Below, one piece after another: positions 60,601-64,000 of a stretch of DNA of 64,000 bases. The stretch spans positions 1 through 64,000 of the forward strand of contig RBZT01000635.1 in NCBI GenBank assembly GCA_003693705.1, read 5' to 3'. The DNA comes from Polymyxa betae A26-41. Taxonomy: Eukaryota > Protista > Endomyxa: Phytomyxea. The translations under genes were made by a program, and so were the position numbers. Under the pieces are notes generated by a model, which saw only the letters and a program-made list of their open reading frames with translations, searched no databases and had not been told where the DNA came from. The number at the start of each line of letters is the position of its first letter. Positions within the stretch are counted from its first letter, which is position 1.

Positions 60601-62180
60601 TGAAACGATTTTAGAAACAACATTTTTGGCTCGTGAAAGTTGACAGTCTCATTTCAGCAACCGATCGAAAACATTAAGCTGTCCACTCAGCTCAGCCGAA
60701 GTCGTTTAGATCATTTCGGCAGTGCTCAAAGTGAGAATTCGGCCGCGCTTCAACTACGAGACCTGTTCTAGGATATAGCCAGAAATTTGACTTTCCCCGA
60801 GCTTCGAGCCTTCAACGATATCTGACTACCTCGCATCATGATACAAAGCATTATGACCTTTAGTGTTTTATCATGGCCATGCTCTCATTGTATATAACTT
60901 GTCATTAGTTTGGCTATTCCAGATTGTTCACTTACAGGTCTCAAGCTTGGATTAATTAGCGGAACTTCTGACTGTAGTTTGAAATCGTACGACTCCTTTC
61001 GGCTCATATCATCAGTATTAGAAGGCATCAGTCATCTGCCCAATCTGTGGGAATTTGAAGGCGTCATTCCAGCTCTGGGACCAGTCTGGTTTGCATCTGT
61101 ACTATGGGAACAGTATCCGAAGCCGTAGGTTTTGCAAAAAACGGCTCTTGTTTTTAAACCATAATGTGAACAATTTTGCTGCAGGAACTTGAGGCGCTCT
61201 ACTGTACGCTGAGCTTTGACAGTGTGGTGGCGATCAAATGGAATCCATCGGGAACCGAAGTTGCTGCCGATCAAGACCCTACAAACTGTTTTCCAGCTAC
61301 TGACAGTTCCCTTGAACGGACTCCAATCTGCTGCAGTTACTGCCGGATCTTAGAAACTGTCAACGTCCTGTGTCCTCCTAATACCAATTCCTGGATATGG
61401 CTTTCAACACCTTTCAATGCTGGTCTGAAATGAACATCGTACCCCAACTACGAAACGCTACCATCAGCGCTATCGGCTGCTGAACAGGCCATGGCCATTA
61501 ATGACCGTTTGGTTCAGCATCTTCGTTTTGGGGATGTATCTGCTTTTTGACAATGTATTGTGCACTTTTTACTGTTTCTTTGTACAGCCTAGATGTTCTA
61601 CCTGTTTGTTCGTCCAAGATTTGACGCCGTTTGCAAAGTGGGATATTTGACGAAAAGATTAAGAACGAATACCTAGGTGTATATAAGAAGCAAAAGCTAG
61701 AAAACCCAGAGAGAAGGTGAATAATGCAAACTAAATTCTCACTAACAAAGATATACTACAACTTTAAGAGCGATTTAATGAAATAACAAGCTTTCAAGCT
61801 TCCAAAGCAAAGACTCTAAATCAGTGACCAGACAATGGTGACTCTGTTTCTGACATTGAATTCGTTAATGATGCTGTAAATTCTGTCAAATTTATCTAGC
61901 AGTATTTGATTCGTTTGCTGCGTTCACACCTGTAGCCAATCCATGATTGTTGTATCACACTTCCGATCCTGATGGCAATTGCAACGAAAAATCTTCCCAG
62001 CATTGATCCGAATTGGTTTTGAGTTGCTGACTGACTTTAAGACATGATGGAGCTGGGCATAGAACATTAGAAGCTCTTGCTGAAGCGCTCTCCTTCAACA
62101 GAGACTGGAGTATGTCGCGAGACTGGTCTGATATCATTACTGATCCCAGCTTGGGACTTTCAAGGATCGATAAGCGCAGT

Positions 62181-62229
62181 GATTTCCAGAGTTTTGATAG
62201 CAAATTGATTTCCAGAGTTTTGATAGCAA
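62181..62229. repeat. Direct duplication, 23 bp identical, period 26
   Basis: gatttccagagttttgatagcaa at 62181 and 62207. Confidence 0.9.
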
Positions 62230-62550
62230 CGGAAAGCCACAGCTTGTGTGTTTTGTATTCAGTCATCCTGTGCTGAAGCAATGTCTTCTTACCTTGCAGA
62301 TCTCCTTCTCATCATTACGCCAAGCACAGTGCCAAAGCTTCTTGAAGGCAAATCTACAGCTACCGTCGTCTACAGCTTTTGAGACGGCGTGTGTTGAGTC
62401 GCAAATCAAATCTGAATCCGTTCAGTCCTGAATCCTGAATGCTCCGAAATCCCTGATCCTCGAATGAAACAGTAGTCAGAAAGCATGCCATAGTTGTAAA
62501 AGATTTATTTATGTCTTGGAAGTCGCCAAATGCGTTATAAAGGAGCAGCG

Positions 62551-64000
62551 CTACCAAGCAATTTTTGAAATAGGCGATATTGGATAATTTCTTACAAAAT
62601 ATTTCCGAACTTCATCGACAAGGACAATGGCAGCTAAGGAGCCGAATGGAATAAACCAAAAGTTAACAGGGATGGGCGTTGTGAAGAATATCACCTGAAT
62701 CCAATATCCATAAAAGATAATAATACATATAGCAACATTGCACGCAATCGAGAATAAGATAAATAAATTCTGACGTGGACCCCATAACGGATTTGAGTCG
62801 AATAATGAAACAGTTCTATTTCGAACGGCGAGCAGGACCCCAATTTGACAAATGGCCATCGTCACATAGTAAATGCACTGTCCCGTTGAGATCATAGCTA
62901 ATAACTCATCAGGCGATTTACTTTGCCATTTTGGCCCCCAGCGACCAAAAGCAAAGATCAGATCATAGAAGGTTAAGCCCTGGGTGCTCATATACAGGAA
63001 CCACATTCCCATACAGCTAATCCAGACCAGAGGTCCAAGCAAAAGGGACAACTGGATGAAAAATCTCCAGTCTGTCAGTCGATCAGTTCGAGCATTCCGG
63101 GGTGGATGATCCATCAAATTCGCCTCCGGTTTCTCATACATAAGGGAGATGGACATGATCAGATCATTTGTCATGCAGAACATCACTTGTTGAAAAGCAG
63201 ATAATGGTACTTGCATGCCAAAATATGCATGTGAAGCGACAGCAACAAATTCAGCGTACACACCTATAGAAGCTCACGGATTAGACACAGCCATAGCAGA
63301 AACCGATATCTCATACCAGCCGTCATCAAATAGAGTAAAACCTTTTTTAGATTTGCAAAAACCAGTCGACCGTTCTCGATACCAACCAATAGGGACGAGA
63401 AGGTGTTATTAAGCAAGATGATGGCAGCCGCCTCTTTGGCAATATCGGTTCCACAACCCATACTGACGCCAACATCAGCTGCTTTCAAAGCCGGGGCATC
63501 ATTCATTCCATCACCAGTTACCGCTACGAAATTGTCCCCCCGATTCCTCAAATTATCCACGATGATGAGCTTCTGCTCAGGGGTCGTACGAGCAAACACC
63601 ATCTCGTTGAATTTAGCGGCAATATAGTCCCAGTCATCTTGAAACAGATGGTCGATTTCAGACCCGTTAATCAAAATAGCGGTTGGTGGTGAATCCTGTG
63701 GAGGGCGAAGTTCATATGACAGAAGGTTGTCTGGCAGCGGATCTCTTTCTTTTAAGGCCTGCAGGTCAGCGACACGCTTAATCCGGTCGTCAGCAACAGT
63801 GATCAATCCGACGCTGCTCGCAATCGAACAGGCCGTTAGCTCGAAATCTCCCGTTATCTGATACAATGTAAAGTTAATCAATTATGGCTATCAGAACCAA
63901 TCTGATAATATAAATGCGGACCAAAAGTCACGAAACCTCAAAAGGTGCGCCCTTTACAAAAACACATCACCATGAAAACCCTGATTCCAGCGTTACGCAT
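62551..64000 (-). CDS. P2C-like P-type ATPase, copy 2 (5' part beyond the window)
   Basis: Close paralogue of copy 1 (TGDFELTA, TGDGMNDAPALKAADVG, RNARTDRLTDWRFF, ISKIAW*) with the same two intron positions. Confidence 0.92.

Noticed and set aside
1-64000. tRNA genes, spliceosomal snRNAs, non-canonical introns, alternative genetic code, transposase/Fanzor ORFs
   Set aside because: B-box-like GTTCRA hits lack cloverleaf stems, no U1/U2/U5/U6 signatures were seen, all introns I resolved are GT-AG, all three stops terminate genes, and no transposase, RT or RuvC motifs appear in the ORF track. A by-eye scan could miss divergent cases.

Overview
Gene-dense eukaryotic nuclear DNA with about 35 protein-coding genes, very short intergenic spacers, mostly 45-60 bp GT-AG introns and the standard genetic code. 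Axonemal genes (PACRG, CFAP221) show a flagellated stage. Compactness and gene style suggest a plasmodiophorid-like protist, but that is inference and cannot be proven from this window. Recognisable housekeeping genes: FIS1, ORMDL, CEBPZ/MAK21, an ERV2-type oxidase, C1D, an OSCA/TMEM63 channel, an amino-acid transporter, DLD, AFG2, BCKDHA, XPF, TMEM220, a LARP4-like gene, ELYS, MRPS9 and ThrRS. A solitary 5S rRNA gene lies at 154-273 and is invisible to the ORF track. Most notable observations: (1) tandem P2C-like P-type ATPases of a fungal-looking subtype with remodelled ion-binding residues (PQGL in place of PEGL in the complete copy); (2) two intron-containing, bacterial-looking glucose/sorbosone (PQQ) dehydrogenase-family surface proteins with different membrane anchors; (3) an animal-like full-length ELYS ending in YNLRPR, the foamy-virus Gag nucleosome-binding hexapeptide, behind an acidic 48-bp repeat; (4) an interstitial mixed TTAGGG/TTTAGGG tract in a foldable context; (5) a repeat-bearing insertion in one intron; (6) several unexplained structured-RNA candidates. 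No CRISPR array, tRNA or autonomous transposon was found. Exon boundaries were worked out by eye and family calls come from remembered motifs, not database searches.
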